Below the pieces are notes generated by a model. That model was not told where the DNA came from. It worked only from the letters and a program-made list of their open reading frames with translations, and did no database searches. A program made the translations under genes and the position numbers. Positions 11,847-20,520 of a DNA stretch of 24,000 nt are shown piece by piece; positions within the stretch are counted from its first letter, which is position 1; every line of letters begins with the position of its first letter. Origin of the DNA: Clostridiales bacterium Firm_18 (GTDB lineage Bacteria; Bacillota; Clostridia; Monoglobales; Firm-18). The stretch spans positions 62,913 through 86,912 of the forward strand of contig LVAX01000072.1 in assembly GCA_001604215.1 (NCBI GenBank), in the 5' to 3' direction.

Positions 11847-11894
11847 ATATTAGATTGCGCAAAATTAAAAATATTAGATTGCGCAAAATTAAAA
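11847..11894. repeat. Perfect tandem direct repeat, 2 x 24 bp (ATATTAGATTGCGCAAAATTAAAA), each unit carrying the palindrome TTGCGCAA
   Basis: Positions 11847-11870 and 11871-11894 are identical by direct reading. The repeat lies in the divergent spacer between uvsE and the 126-aa ORF and ends 6 nt before the -35 element of the ORF promoter. Confidence 0.9.
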
Positions 11895-11900
11895 ATATAA

Positions 11901-11929
11901 TTGCATTTTGTCATATTGTGGTATATAAT
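11901..11929 (+). promoter_or_regulatory. Sigma-A type promoter for the 126-aa ORF (TTGCAT-17-TATAAT)
   Basis: TTGCAT lies at 11901-11906, followed by a 17-nt spacer, then TATAAT at 11924-11929. Confidence 0.55.
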
Positions 11930-11964
11930 ATAGAAGTTGAATTTGCGGTGGAGTGTGATTTAGT

Positions 11965-12345
11965 TTGAGCAAGTCCAAAGGGGATAATATATTTGTTGTT
12001 GCGAAGTATAGACCTGAAATAAATCAAATATTAAATATTGATTTACCATGCTCAGACGTATATCAATCACATGGATTGGAAATACATATGCGCAAACGAA
12101 AGCACTTTAAATGTATTCCTTATTTAAAAAATATTTCTGAGATTATTGAAAATCCGGATTATGTGGGATTAAATCCTTCGGAAAAAAACAGTGTGGAATT
12201 GGTTAAAGCATATGATATAAATATATTAGTTGCGGTGAAGCTTGATATAAAAAATGATTATTTGTATGTTGCTTCAATGTACAGTCTTAGTAAAAGCAAG
12301 TTAGAGCGCAGAATAAAAGGTAAACGATTAAAAAAGTTTAAGTAA
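11965..12345 (+). CDS. Orphan small basic protein (126 aa), possibly a PBECR-like (Barnase/EndoU/ColicinE5-D/RelE fold) RNase
   Basis: The TTG start lies 11 nt after GGTGGAG (11947-11953). The protein has a His-rich segment (SHGLEIHMRKRKHF), then IPYLKNISEIIENPDYVGLNPSEKNSVELVKAY..ILVAVKLDIKNDYLYVASMYSL and a Lys/Arg-rich tail. This pattern matches my recollection of stand-alone PBECR-type proteins of Firmicutes and phages. The family assignment has not been verified. Confidence 0.6.
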   Translation: MSKSKGDNIFVVAKYRPEINQILNIDLPCSDVYQSHGLEIHMRKRKHFKCIPYLKNISEIIENPDYVGLNPSEKNSVELVKAYDINILVAVKLDIKNDYLYVASMYSLSKSKLERRIKGKRLKKFK

Positions 12346-12349
12346 AGTA

Positions 12350-12378
12350 TTGACATTTATATGCTATGAGTGTATAAT
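12350..12378 (+). promoter_or_regulatory. Consensus sigma-A promoter (TTGACA-17-TATAAT) driving the downstream structured RNA
   Basis: TTGACA lies at 12350-12355, 5 nt after the ORF stop codon. A 17-nt spacer follows, then TATAAT at 12373-12378. Confidence 0.6.
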
Positions 12379-12384
12379 ATAATA

Positions 12385-12540
12385 GTAATAGGATATAGTA
12401 TTAGCGGATTGTTGAGGTTCGGAAATGGTTCCCGACGCACTTAACTGAATGTTAAGTACCTGAGATGCAGGATACACCGCCCTGCCAACAATCCATGATT
12501 AAATTAAGGACACCTCAATAATATGGGGTGTCTTTTTTTT
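12385..12540 (+). ncRNA. Unclassified structured small RNA of about 150 nt, with a four-helix junction core and an intrinsic terminator
   Basis: The RNA is bounded by a consensus promoter and a strong terminator. The hand fold gives four helices:
- P1: GGAUUGUUG (12406-12414) pairs with CAACAAUCC (12486-12494).
- P2: 12419-12435 (UCGGAA/UUC-CCGA with a one-base bulge).
- P3: ACUUAAC (12439-12445) pairs with GUUAAGU (12451-12457).
- P4: GCAGG (12468-12472) pairs with CCUGC (12481-12485).
There is no long ORF. The 5' end is inferred from the -10 position. Confidence 0.5.
12509..12540 (+). terminator. Rho-independent terminator
   Basis: GACACCUC (12509-12516) pairs with GGGGUGUC (12525-12532) as 8 bp including one G-U pair. 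The loop is 8 nt. A run of 8 T follows at 12533-12540. Confidence 0.8.
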
Positions 12541-12574
12541 AAAAGCACTCTATGCCTTTTAAAGGAAACTGGTA

Positions 12575-12594
12575 TTATATATTGCAATATATAA
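12575..12594. promoter_or_regulatory. 20-bp perfect palindrome (TTATATATTGCAATATATAA); candidate operator upstream of the uvrB promoter
   Basis: Direct reading shows all 10 pairs around the G12584/C12585 centre are complementary. The palindrome ends 24 nt upstream of the uvrB -35 element. Its AT-richness lowers its significance. Confidence 0.35.
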
Positions 12595-12618
12595 ATACAA
12601 ATTTTTTATGCAAATATA

Positions 12619-12647
12619 TTGAAAATTAAAATTATATTATGTATAAT
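12619..12647 (+). promoter_or_regulatory. Sigma-A type promoter for uvrBA (TTGAAA-17-TATAAT)
   Basis: TTGAAA lies at 12619-12624, followed by a 17-nt spacer, then TATAAT at 12642-12647. The site is about 55 nt upstream of ATG 12701. Confidence 0.5.
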
Positions 12648-12700
12648 AAAACAATGGTCGAATAAAAAACGTGAATTTTTACGGGAACGGAAGATGGTGC

Positions 12701-14662
12701 ATGGACTTTAAGGTAGTATCCGAGTACAAACCCAAGGGCGACCAGCCCAAAGCAATAGAAATGCTTTCAAACGGACTGAATGCGGGAAAAAGGGCACAGA
12801 CACTGCTTGGGGTAACCGGAAGCGGAAAGACCTTTACAATTGCAAATGTTATAGAGCGTGTGCAAAAGCCCACTCTTGTTTTGGCACATAACAAGACGCT
12901 TGCGGCACAGCTTTGCAGCGAATTTAAAGAATTTTTTCCGCATAATGCGGTTGAGTATTTTGTCAGCTATTATGACTACTACCAGCCGGAGGCTTATATA
13001 CCCTCCTCCGACACATATATCGAAAAGGACTCGTCCATTAACGATGAAATAGACAAGCTTCGCCATTCCGCTACTTTTTCTCTTTTTGAAAGAAGAGACG
13101 TTATAATAGTCGCAAGCGTAAGCTGTATTTACGGGCTCGGTGATCCGGACGATTATAAAAACCTTGTTATTTCTCTGCGCAGCGGCAATGTGTATGACAG
13201 GGACGAAGTGCTGAGAAAGCTTATAGAAATCCAGTATGAAAGAAACGATATTAATTTTACAAGGGGAAAATTTCGTGTCAGGGGCGATGTTGTGGAAATT
13301 TTCCCCGCTAACCAGTCGGAAAGGGCTGTGAGAGTTGAATTTTTCGGGGACGAGGTTGACCGTATAACGGAGATAGATACCGTAACGGGAGAAATAATAG
13401 GAATAAGAAATCACGTTGCAATATATCCGAGTTCCCATTATGTAACAACCAAGGACAAGATGAAAAGGGCAATAGAAGAAATAAAAAAGGAGCTTGAGGA
13501 GCGTGAGAAATATTTTAGCAGCAGGGGAATGCTTATTGAGGCTCAAAGGATAAAGGAACGCACCAACTATGATATTGAGATGCTTGAGGAAACCGGCTTT
13601 TGCCAGGGCATAGAAAACTACTCGAGAATAATAAGCGGACGTGCTCCGGGAAGCGCACCATATACGCTTATGGATTATTTCCCGGATGATTATTTGCTGG
13701 TAATAGACGAATCACATGTAACGGTACCGCAGGTTCGTGCCATGTACAACGGTGACAGGGCAAGAAAAGACAATCTTGTAAGCTATGGCTTTCGTTTGCC
13801 CTCCGCATACGATAACCGTCCGCTTAATTTTAAAGAATTTGAGGAAAGAATCAACCAGGTGATATTTGTAAGCGCAACCCCCGCCGATTATGAAAAAAGC
13901 AATTCCGCCCAGATTGTGGAACAGGTAATACGGCCTACCGGTCTTGTCGACCCTGCTGTGATTGTTCGCCCCGTTAAAGGGCAGATTGACGATTTGTACG
14001 GTGAAATTATGCACACCGTTGAACGGGGAGAACGTGTTTTGATTACAACACTTACTAAAAAAATGGCGGAGGATTTAACCGATTATTTTGAGCAAATGGG
14101 TGTAAAGGTCAGATACTTGCATTCGGATATTGATACGATAGAACGCATGGAAATAATACGGGATTTAAGGCTGGGCGTATTTGACGTACTTATAGGTATT
14201 AATTTGTTAAGAGAAGGTTTGGACTTGCCCGAGGTATCGCTTGTTGCTATACTCGATGCCGACAAGGAAGGGTTTTTGCGCAGCGAAACCTCGCTTATTC
14301 AAACAATCGGAAGAGCGGCTCGCAACAGAGAGGGCAAGGTTGTTATGTATGCAGATACTATAACGCCAAGCATGGAGCGTGCAATCGAAGAAACGAACAG
14401 GCGCAGGCAGCTTCAAATCAGTTATAACGAGAAGCACGGAATTACTCCGAAATCCATAACAAAATCGGTGCGTGATATTATAGAAGCAACCAAACAGGAA
14501 AAGGAAGAAAAGAAGAAAGCCGAAAAGGCTTTAAATATTGCTGAAGAAATTGAAAAGCTTACCGATGAAATGCGGCTTGCCGCGTATGATTTAAGATTTG
14601 AGCAGGCTGCCCGTTTAAGGGACAGAATAAGAGAACTTGAAAAGGAGCTCGGCAATGGATAA
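12701..14662 (+). CDS. uvrB: Excinuclease ABC subunit B
   Basis: The protein begins [22 protein letters not shown]. It has the Walker A motif [10 protein letters not shown], helicase motifs, and a C-terminal UVR domain ([17 protein letters not shown]). The track start at GTG 12671 adds 10 non-homologous residues, so ATG 12701 is preferred. Confidence 0.97.
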   Translation: MDFKVVSEYKPKGDQPKAIEMLSNGLNAGKRAQTLLGVTGSGKTFTIANVIERVQKPTLVLAHNKTLAAQLCSEFKEFFPHNAVEYFVSYYDYYQPEAYIPSSDTYIEKDSSINDEIDKLRHSATFSLFERRDVIIVASVSCIYGLGDPDDYKNLVISLRSGNVYDRDEVLRKLIEIQYERNDINFTRGKFRVRGDVVEIFPANQSERAVRVEFFGDEVDRITEIDTVTGEIIGIRNHVAIYPSSHYVTTKDKMKRAIEEIKKELEEREKYFSSRGMLIEAQRIKERTNYDIEMLEETGFCQGIENYSRIISGRAPGSAPYTLMDYFPDDYLLVIDESHVTVPQVRAMYNGDRARKDNLVSYGFRLPSAYDNRPLNFKEFEERINQVIFVSATPADYEKSNSAQIVEQVIRPTGLVDPAVIVRPVKGQIDDLYGEIMHTVERGERVLITTLTKKMAEDLTDYFEQMGVKVRYLHSDIDTIERMEIIRDLRLGVFDVLIGINLLREGLDLPEVSLVAILDADKEGFLRSETSLIQTIGRAARNREGKVVMYADTITPSMERAIEETNRRRQLQISYNEKHGITPKSITKSVRDIIEATKQEKEEKKKAEKALNIAEEIEKLTDEMRLAAYDLRFEQAARLRDRIRELEKELGNG

Positions 14663-17486
14663 GATAATAATCAAGGGAGCAAGAGAGCATAATTTAAAAA
14701 ATATAGATGTTGTAATACCCCGGGATAAGCTGGTGGTAATAACCGGACTTAGCGGTTCGGGCAAATCGTCCCTTGCTTTTGACACAATTTATGCGGAGGG
14801 GCAAAGACGTTATATCGAATCGCTTTCCTCTTATGCGCGTATGTTTTTGGGAAGAATGGACAAGCCGGATGTGGACTACATCGAAGGCTTGTCCCCCGCC
14901 ATTTCTATTGACCAAAAGACAACAAGCAAAAACCCGCGTTCAACCGTCGGTACCGTTACCGAAATATATGACTATTTAAGGCTGCTGTACGCCCGCATAG
15001 GCATACCTCACTGCCCAAACTGCGGCAGGGAAATAAAACAGCAAACCATTGACCAAATTACAGACAGTATTATGCGCCTTAAGGAGGGTACAAGAATTCA
15101 AATTTTGTCCCCTGTTGTAAGAGGGAAAAAAGGGGAGCATGCAAAGGTTTTTGAGGATGCCAAAAAAAGCGGATTTGTGCGGCTGCGTGTTGACGGGAAT
15201 ATATACGATGTGTCGGAGGATATCAAGCTTGAAAAGACAAAAAAGCACAACATAGAAATTATCGTTGACAGGCTTATAGTTAAAGACGGCATAAATGCCC
15301 GCCTTACCGATTCGCTGGAAACCGCAATGCGGCAAGCTGGTGGACTTGTAATAGCGGAACTTGTGGAAAAGGGTGAAGAGCTTGTTTTCAGCCAGGAATA
15401 TGCCTGCCATGAATGCGGAATAAGTGTTGAAGAGCTTAGCCCGCGTATGTTTTCCTTTAACAGCCCGTTCGGAGCATGCCCCACATGTACCGGGCTTGGC
15501 TTTCAAATGAAGGTTGATGTGGATCTTGTAATTCCGAACAAAAACAAATCCTTAAATGAAGGGGCAATTAACGTAAGCGGCTGGAACAGCGCAGCAAAGG
15601 ACAGCATGTGCGCAATGTATTTTAAAGGGCTATCGGAGCATTACGGCTTCGGCCTTGATACGCCAGTGAAGGATTTGCCCGAAGAAGCCTTGAACGCACT
15701 GCTTTTCGGTACGGGAGGAAAAAAGATAAAATTCCTTTTCGAACGTTCATACGGAAACGGCTCATACCTTTCGGCTTTTGAGGGTGTTATCAATAATCTG
15801 GAGCGACGGTATCGGGAAACCAATTCCGATTGGATGAAAATGGAGATTGAAAGTTATATGACAAGCAATACCTGTCCCGATTGCAACGGGGCAAGGCTTA
15901 AAAAGGAAGTTCTGGCGGTAACGGTCGGTGGAAGGAATATTGACGAAGTTACGCATATGAGTATTTCAAGCGCGGCCGGATTTTTCAGGAACCTTTCGCT
16001 TACCGAAAAAGAAAAAGCAATAGCACACCAGGTACTTAAAGAAATAAACGAGCGTTTAGGTTTTTTGGAAAACGTCGGGCTTAATTATTTAACACTTTCA
16101 CGCCCGGCAGGAACCCTTTCCGGCGGGGAAGCGCAAAGAATCCGGCTTGCAACCCAAATAGGCTCTTCGCTGATGGGTGTGCTTTATATACTTGACGAGC
16201 CGAGTATCGGTCTTCACCAGCGGGATAATTCAAAACTGATTTCGGCGTTGAAGCGGCTGAGAGATTTGGGCAATACACTGATTGTTGTGGAGCATGATGC
16301 GGAAACTATGCATGAGGCAGACCATATAATAGATATCGGTCCTGGCGCCGGTGTAAACGGCGGGAAGATTGTTGCCCAGGGAAGTATTGATGAAATTAAA
16401 AAATGCGATACTTCCGAAACAGGTCTTTATCTGAGCGGGAAAAAGAAAATCGAGATACCCCAAAAAAGAAGGAAAGGCAACGGCAAAAGCTTGAAAGTAA
16501 TTAGGGCGCGTGAGAATAATTTAAAAAACATTGACGTTACTTTGCCTCTCGGAACGTTTGCTTGCGTTACGGGAGTATCGGGCAGCGGCAAATCCTCCCT
16601 TGTAAACGAAATATTGTACAAGCGCCTTGCAAACGAGCTTAACGGTGCAAAAAAGAAAACAGGACGGCATGACGATATAATAGGGATTGACAATCTGGAT
16701 AAGGTTATTAATATTGACCAGTCCCCGATAGGCAGAACCCCCCGTTCAAACCCGGCAACCTATACCGGCCTTTTCGGTGAAATCAGGGATTTGTTTGCTT
16801 CTACCAACGAAGCGAAGATGAGAGGCTACCGGGCCGGCAGGTTCAGCTTTAACGTAAAGGGAGGCAGATGCGAGGCATGCGAGGGTGACGGAATAATTAA
16901 AATCGAAATGCATTTTCTGCCCGATGTTTATGTGCCTTGCGAGGTGTGCAAGGGAAAAAGGTATAACAGGGAAACACTTGAAGTTCATTACAAAGGCAAA
17001 AATATTGATGACGTTCTTAACATGACGGTTGACGAGGGCCTTGAGTTTTTTGAAAACCTGCCGAGAATATACAGAAAGCTCAAAACCCTGCATGAAGTAG
17101 GGCTGGGTTATATAAAGATAGGGCAGCCGTCCACAACCTTGTCGGGCGGGGAAGCACAGCGTGTAAAACTTGCAACCGAGCTTTCAAAGAAAAGTACGGG
17201 CAAAACGGTATATATACTTGACGAACCTACAACCGGCCTTCATGCCGCAGATGTCCACCGTTTGATTGATGTCCTTCAAATGCTGGTTGATGGTGGGAAC
17301 ACGGTTGTGGTAATCGAACATAACCTTGATGTAATAAAGGTTGCGGATTACATTGTCGATTTAGGACCGGAGGGCGGAGACGGAGGAGGCCATGTTGTGG
17401 CAGCCGGAACTCCGGAGCAGGTGGCAAAATGCAGTGCATCTTATACCGGGCGTTATTTGAAGGATTGCCTTGACAACAATAGGTAA
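14655..17486 (+). CDS. uvrA: Excinuclease ABC subunit A
   Basis: The protein begins [17 protein letters not shown]. It has two ABC ATPase modules ([23 protein letters not shown] and [16 protein letters not shown], with LSGGEAQR twice) and zinc-finger Cys pairs. It overlaps the uvrB stop by 8 nt. Confidence 0.97.
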   Translation: MDKIIIKGAREHNLKNIDVVIPRDKLVVITGLSGSGKSSLAFDTIYAEGQRRYIESLSSYARMFLGRMDKPDVDYIEGLSPAISIDQKTTSKNPRSTVGTVTEIYDYLRLLYARIGIPHCPNCGREIKQQTIDQITDSIMRLKEGTRIQILSPVVRGKKGEHAKVFEDAKKSGFVRLRVDGNIYDVSEDIKLEKTKKHNIEIIVDRLIVKDGINARLTDSLETAMRQAGGLVIAELVEKGEELVFSQEYACHECGISVEELSPRMFSFNSPFGACPTCTGLGFQMKVDVDLVIPNKNKSLNEGAINVSGWNSAAKDSMCAMYFKGLSEHYGFGLDTPVKDLPEEALNALLFGTGGKKIKFLFERSYGNGSYLSAFEGVINNLERRYRETNSDWMKMEIESYMTSNTCPDCNGARLKKEVLAVTVGGRNIDEVTHMSISSAAGFFRNLSLTEKEKAIAHQVLKEINERLGFLENVGLNYLTLSRPAGTLSGGEAQRIRLATQIGSSLMGVLYILDEPSIGLHQRDNSKLISALKRLRDLGNTLIVVEHDAETMHEADHIIDIGPGAGVNGGKIVAQGSIDEIKKCDTSETGLYLSGKKKIEIPQKRRKGNGKSLKVIRARENNLKNIDVTLPLGTFACVTGVSGSGKSSLVNEILYKRLANELNGAKKKTGRHDDIIGIDNLDKVINIDQSPIGRTPRSNPATYTGLFGEIRDLFASTNEAKMRGYRAGRFSFNVKGGRCEACEGDGIIKIEMHFLPDVYVPCEVCKGKRYNRETLEVHYKGKNIDDVLNMTVDEGLEFFENLPRIYRKLKTLHEVGLGYIKIGQPSTTLSGGEAQRVKLATELSKKSTGKTVYILDEPTTGLHAADVHRLIDVLQMLVDGGNTVVVIEHNLDVIKVADYIVDLGPEGGDGGGHVVAAGTPEQVAKCSASYTGRYLKDCLDNNR

Positions 17487-17498
17487 ATATAATAAAAT
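17470..17498 (+). promoter_or_regulatory. Candidate sigma-A promoter for proS (TTGACA-17-TAAAAT), overlapping the uvrA 3' end
   Basis: TTGACA lies at 17470-17475, inside the last uvrA codons. A 17-nt spacer follows, then TAAAAT at 17493-17498. Confidence 0.4.
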
Positions 17499-17532
17499 AT
17501 TCATAGTTTTTATGTTAAGGGGATGACTATTT

Positions 17533-18966
17533 TTGGCAGATCAGAAAAAATTTGTTGAAGAAATAACATCAAGAGACGTTGATTTCGCAAAATGGTATAC
17601 GGACATAGTTAAAAAAGCCGAATTAATCGAATATTCAAGTGTAAAGGGCTGCATGGTAATACGCCCGGCCGGTTATGCTATATGGGAGAACATTCAAAAA
17701 AATCTTGACGCGCGTTTTAAGGCGACCGGACATCAAAATGTATATATGCCCATGTTTATTCCCGAGGGGCTGCTGCAAAAGGAAAAGGACCATGTGGAAG
17801 GCTTTGCTCCGGAGGTTGCATGGGTTACTCACGGCGGCGACCAGAAGCTTGCGGAGAGGCTTTGCGTGCGGCCTACCTCCGAAACGCTTTTTTGCGAGCA
17901 TTATGCAAACATTATTCATTCATATCGTGATTTGCCCAAATTATACAATCAATGGTGCAGTGTTGTAAGATGGGAAAAAACTACCCGTCCTTTTTTACGC
18001 TCGCTGGAGTTCTTGTGGCAGGAGGGGCATACGGCACACGCAACCGAGGAGGACGCCCGTGAAGAAACAATAAAAATGCTTAATGTTTACGCCGACTTTT
18101 GCGAAGAAGCCCTTGCGATTCCCGTTATCAAAGGGCAAAAAACCGAAAAGGAAAAGTTTGCCGGAGCGGTTGAAACATACACAATAGAAAGCCTTATGCA
18201 TGACGGCAAAGCTCTTCAATCGGGTACCACGCATTATTTCGGGGACGGCTTTGCCCGGGCATTCGGTATCAGATATTCCGACAAGGACAATAACCTTCAA
18301 TATGTTCATCAAACCTCATGGGGCGTTTCCACCAGGCTTATCGGGGCGATTATCATGGTGCACGGTGATGACAGCGGCCTTGTTTTGCCGCCTGTTATAG
18401 CGCCCGTTCAGGTTGTTGTAATTCCCGTAGCCATGCATAAGGAAGGTGTCCTGGAAAAAGCACGCATAGTTGCATCAAGACTTGACGGTTTGCGCACAGT
18501 ACTGGACGATTCGGACAATTCCCCGGGCTGGAAATTTTCCGAGCATGAGATGAAGGGGGTTCCCCTTCGCATTGAAATAGGGCCTAAGGATATTGAAAAA
18601 AACCAAGCCGTTTTGGTACGGAGGGACACCCGCGAAAAAATATTCGTTTCTCTTGAAAATATTGAAACAGAGGCTTCAAGGCTTCTTGATAAAATACAAA
18701 GCGACATGCTATCACGCGCAAAGGAGATGCTTTTGTCTCACATCTATGATGTGGCTGACTTTGAAGAGCTTTGCAGGCAATCCTCCGAGAAAGCCGGGTT
18801 TTTCAGAGCCATGTGGTGCGGTGACGGCAGGTGTGAAGAAAAAATAAAAGAAGAAGCCGGCCTTTCGTCCAGGTGTATTCCTTTTGAGCAAAAGCAGATT
18901 TCGGATAAATGCATTTGCTGCGGAGCACCGGCCAAAAAGATGGTATATTGGGGAAAAGCATACTGA
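17533..18966 (+). CDS. proS: Prolyl-tRNA synthetase, archaeal/eukaryote-like type (no INS editing domain; C-terminal Cys-containing domain ending in Tyr)
   Basis: The 477-aa protein begins (M)[51 protein letters not shown], which is class IIa ProRS. The C-terminus is [18 protein letters not shown]. The TTG start lies 9 nt after AAGGGGA. Confidence 0.95.
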   Translation: MADQKKFVEEITSRDVDFAKWYTDIVKKAELIEYSSVKGCMVIRPAGYAIWENIQKNLDARFKATGHQNVYMPMFIPEGLLQKEKDHVEGFAPEVAWVTHGGDQKLAERLCVRPTSETLFCEHYANIIHSYRDLPKLYNQWCSVVRWEKTTRPFLRSLEFLWQEGHTAHATEEDAREETIKMLNVYADFCEEALAIPVIKGQKTEKEKFAGAVETYTIESLMHDGKALQSGTTHYFGDGFARAFGIRYSDKDNNLQYVHQTSWGVSTRLIGAIIMVHGDDSGLVLPPVIAPVQVVVIPVAMHKEGVLEKARIVASRLDGLRTVLDDSDNSPGWKFSEHEMKGVPLRIEIGPKDIEKNQAVLVRRDTREKIFVSLENIETEASRLLDKIQSDMLSRAKEMLLSHIYDVADFEELCRQSSEKAGFFRAMWCGDGRCEEKIKEEAGLSSRCIPFEQKQISDKCICCGAPAKKMVYWGKAY

Positions 18967-19661
18967 TGGATTATAAGATACACCGGTTTGACGAGGTAGA
19001 CTCAACAAATTCTTTGCTTAAGAAGGGTAATTACCCTGTCGGCTCGGTTGCCGTTGCAAAAATCCAGACAAAAGGGCGCGGCAGAGGAGGACGAAGTTTC
19101 TCCTCACCGGCGGGCGGACTTTATATGAGCTGTGTTCTCGGCTTTGACAGTGTAGATCAGGCATTATTTGTTCCGATAACCGCCGCCGTGGCCGTAAGGA
19201 ATGTATTATCCCAGTATGTCGAATGCAAAATCAAGTGGCCTAACGATATTGTAACGGACGGCAAAAAGCTGTGCGGCATACTGGCGGAGTCCTACTTAGA
19301 CAAAATTATATTGGGAATAGGGGTAAATGTTAATATCGAGCCGGAATATTTTAAAAGCAACGGCCTTAGTTATGCCACTTCCCTTTACTTACAATCGGGA
19401 AAAAACCATTCCGTAGAAGAGATTATGACGAATATTTTAAATAATTTAAACAGCAAAACAGATAAAGTGGAAATACTAAAGGAATATAAGCAGCACTGCA
19501 TTACCCTCGGCAAAAAAATAAGGGTAATTCAAGGCACCAGAGAATATGACGCAGAGGCTGTTGACTTGACTGAAAACGGAGAGCTTATGGTAAACAGGGA
19601 CGGCAAATTGATTGTAATAAACTCAGGTATTGTATCGGTCAGGGGAAGTGAATATATATGA
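18966..19661 (+). CDS. birA: Biotin--[acetyl-CoA-carboxylase] ligase, group I (no N-terminal HTH repressor domain)
   Basis: The protein begins [16 protein letters not shown] and contains the biotin-ligase motifs KGRGRGGRSFSSPAGGLYMS and KWPNDI. The start ATG overlaps the proS TGA stop by one nucleotide (TGATG). The track start at 18909 lies inside proS and is an over-extension. Confidence 0.9.
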   Translation: MDYKIHRFDEVDSTNSLLKKGNYPVGSVAVAKIQTKGRGRGGRSFSSPAGGLYMSCVLGFDSVDQALFVPITAAVAVRNVLSQYVECKIKWPNDIVTDGKKLCGILAESYLDKIILGIGVNVNIEPEYFKSNGLSYATSLYLQSGKNHSVEEIMTNILNNLNSKTDKVEILKEYKQHCITLGKKIRVIQGTREYDAEAVDLTENGELMVNRDGKLIVINSGIVSVRGSEYI

Positions 19662-20470
19662 TAAATACAATTAATTTTCCCGGTTTGGGGATATATTTAA
19701 ATATAAAAAGGGTTGCTTTCACGGTGGGCATCAGGGAAATTTATTGGTATGGCATAATAATCGGCATAGGGCTTTTACTTGCTGTTATAGTTGCCAATGC
19801 TTTGGCAAAACGTGAGGGACTGCCGGTGGAGTCTATAACCGATATTGCGCTTATATCCACGCCCGTTTCCATTATCTTTGCAAGGCTTTATTTTGTATTT
19901 TGGAACTGGAAGGATTACAGCGGCAATTTTGCTGATATTATAAACATACGAAAGGGCGGCCTTGCAATTTACGGAGCAATAATCGGCGGGGTTTTAATGT
20001 CGTATATTTATTGCAGGGTAAAGAAAACAGATGTAAAAAAGGTTTTTGACGTTGGTTCTTACGGGCTTTTGACCGGGCAGATAATCGGACGCTGGGGCAA
20101 TTTTGTCAATGCGGAGGCGTACGGAAGCGAAACGTCGCTGCCGTGGCGCATGGAGCTTTACAGCAGTGAGCTTGGAAGGTTTATAAGCGTTCATCCTACT
20201 TTTTTATATGAAAGTCTATGGAATTTAGCGGGCCTTGTGGGCCTTTTGATTTACCGTAAAAGAAAAAAATTTGACGGCGAATTGTTTTTGATATATGTTG
20301 CATGGTATGGAATCGGAAGGTCATGGATTGAACAGCTCAGGGTGGATTCCCTGCCGTATGAGGCAAACTTTAAGGTCTCGCAAATATTTGCAATTATCAC
20401 TGCCGTTTTGGCAATTGCTTTGATAATCTATAAAAGGCTTCTTTGCGGCGGTCAAAAAGAAAAGTCATAA
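19658..20470 (+). CDS. lgt: Prolipoprotein diacylglyceryl transferase
   Basis: The 270-aa polytopic membrane protein contains the Lgt signature GRWGNFVNAEAYG. An ATGA overlap with birA is present. Confidence 0.93.
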   Translation: MINTINFPGLGIYLNIKRVAFTVGIREIYWYGIIIGIGLLLAVIVANALAKREGLPVESITDIALISTPVSIIFARLYFVFWNWKDYSGNFADIINIRKGGLAIYGAIIGGVLMSYIYCRVKKTDVKKVFDVGSYGLLTGQIIGRWGNFVNAEAYGSETSLPWRMELYSSELGRFISVHPTFLYESLWNLAGLVGLLIYRKRKKFDGELFLIYVAWYGIGRSWIEQLRVDSLPYEANFKVSQIFAIITAVLAIALIIYKRLLCGGQKEKS

Positions 20471-20520
20471 CATCTCGCCCCGCGAGGGAAAGCGAAGGTG
20501 GATTCATTCCGCCGGAGCGC

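Noticed and set aside
12406-12494. The four-helix junction read as a tRNA-like gene or as a hammerhead ribozyme (CUGAGAUG at 12460-12467).
   Set aside because: Stem and loop sizes do not fit a tRNA: the closing stem is 9 bp, the 'anticodon' loop is 5 nt, and there is no TTCGA T-loop. CUGAGAU also breaks the hammerhead CUGANGA core, and no GAAA element sits in the right position.
12425-12521. Small ORFs inside the sRNA: MVPDALN (12425-12448) and an 18-aa ORF (12465-12521).
   Set aside because: They are too short to support as genes from sequence alone. The 18-aa ORF lacks an SD sequence. The 7-codon ORF has an SD, but both the SD and the start codon are buried in P1/P2. It is kept only as a note within the sRNA finding.
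12659-12675. A possible LexA/Cheo box, CGAATAAAAAACGTG, just upstream of uvrB.
   Set aside because: Only the first half-site resembles CGAAC. The second half (AACGT) does not match GTTCG, so it is not a credible SOS box.
17487-17532. An expected T-box upstream of proS, and a purine riboswitch upstream of guaB (3479-3509).
   Set aside because: The untranslated regions are only about 25-45 nt, far too short for either element. No T-box or purine-aptamer consensus sequence was seen.
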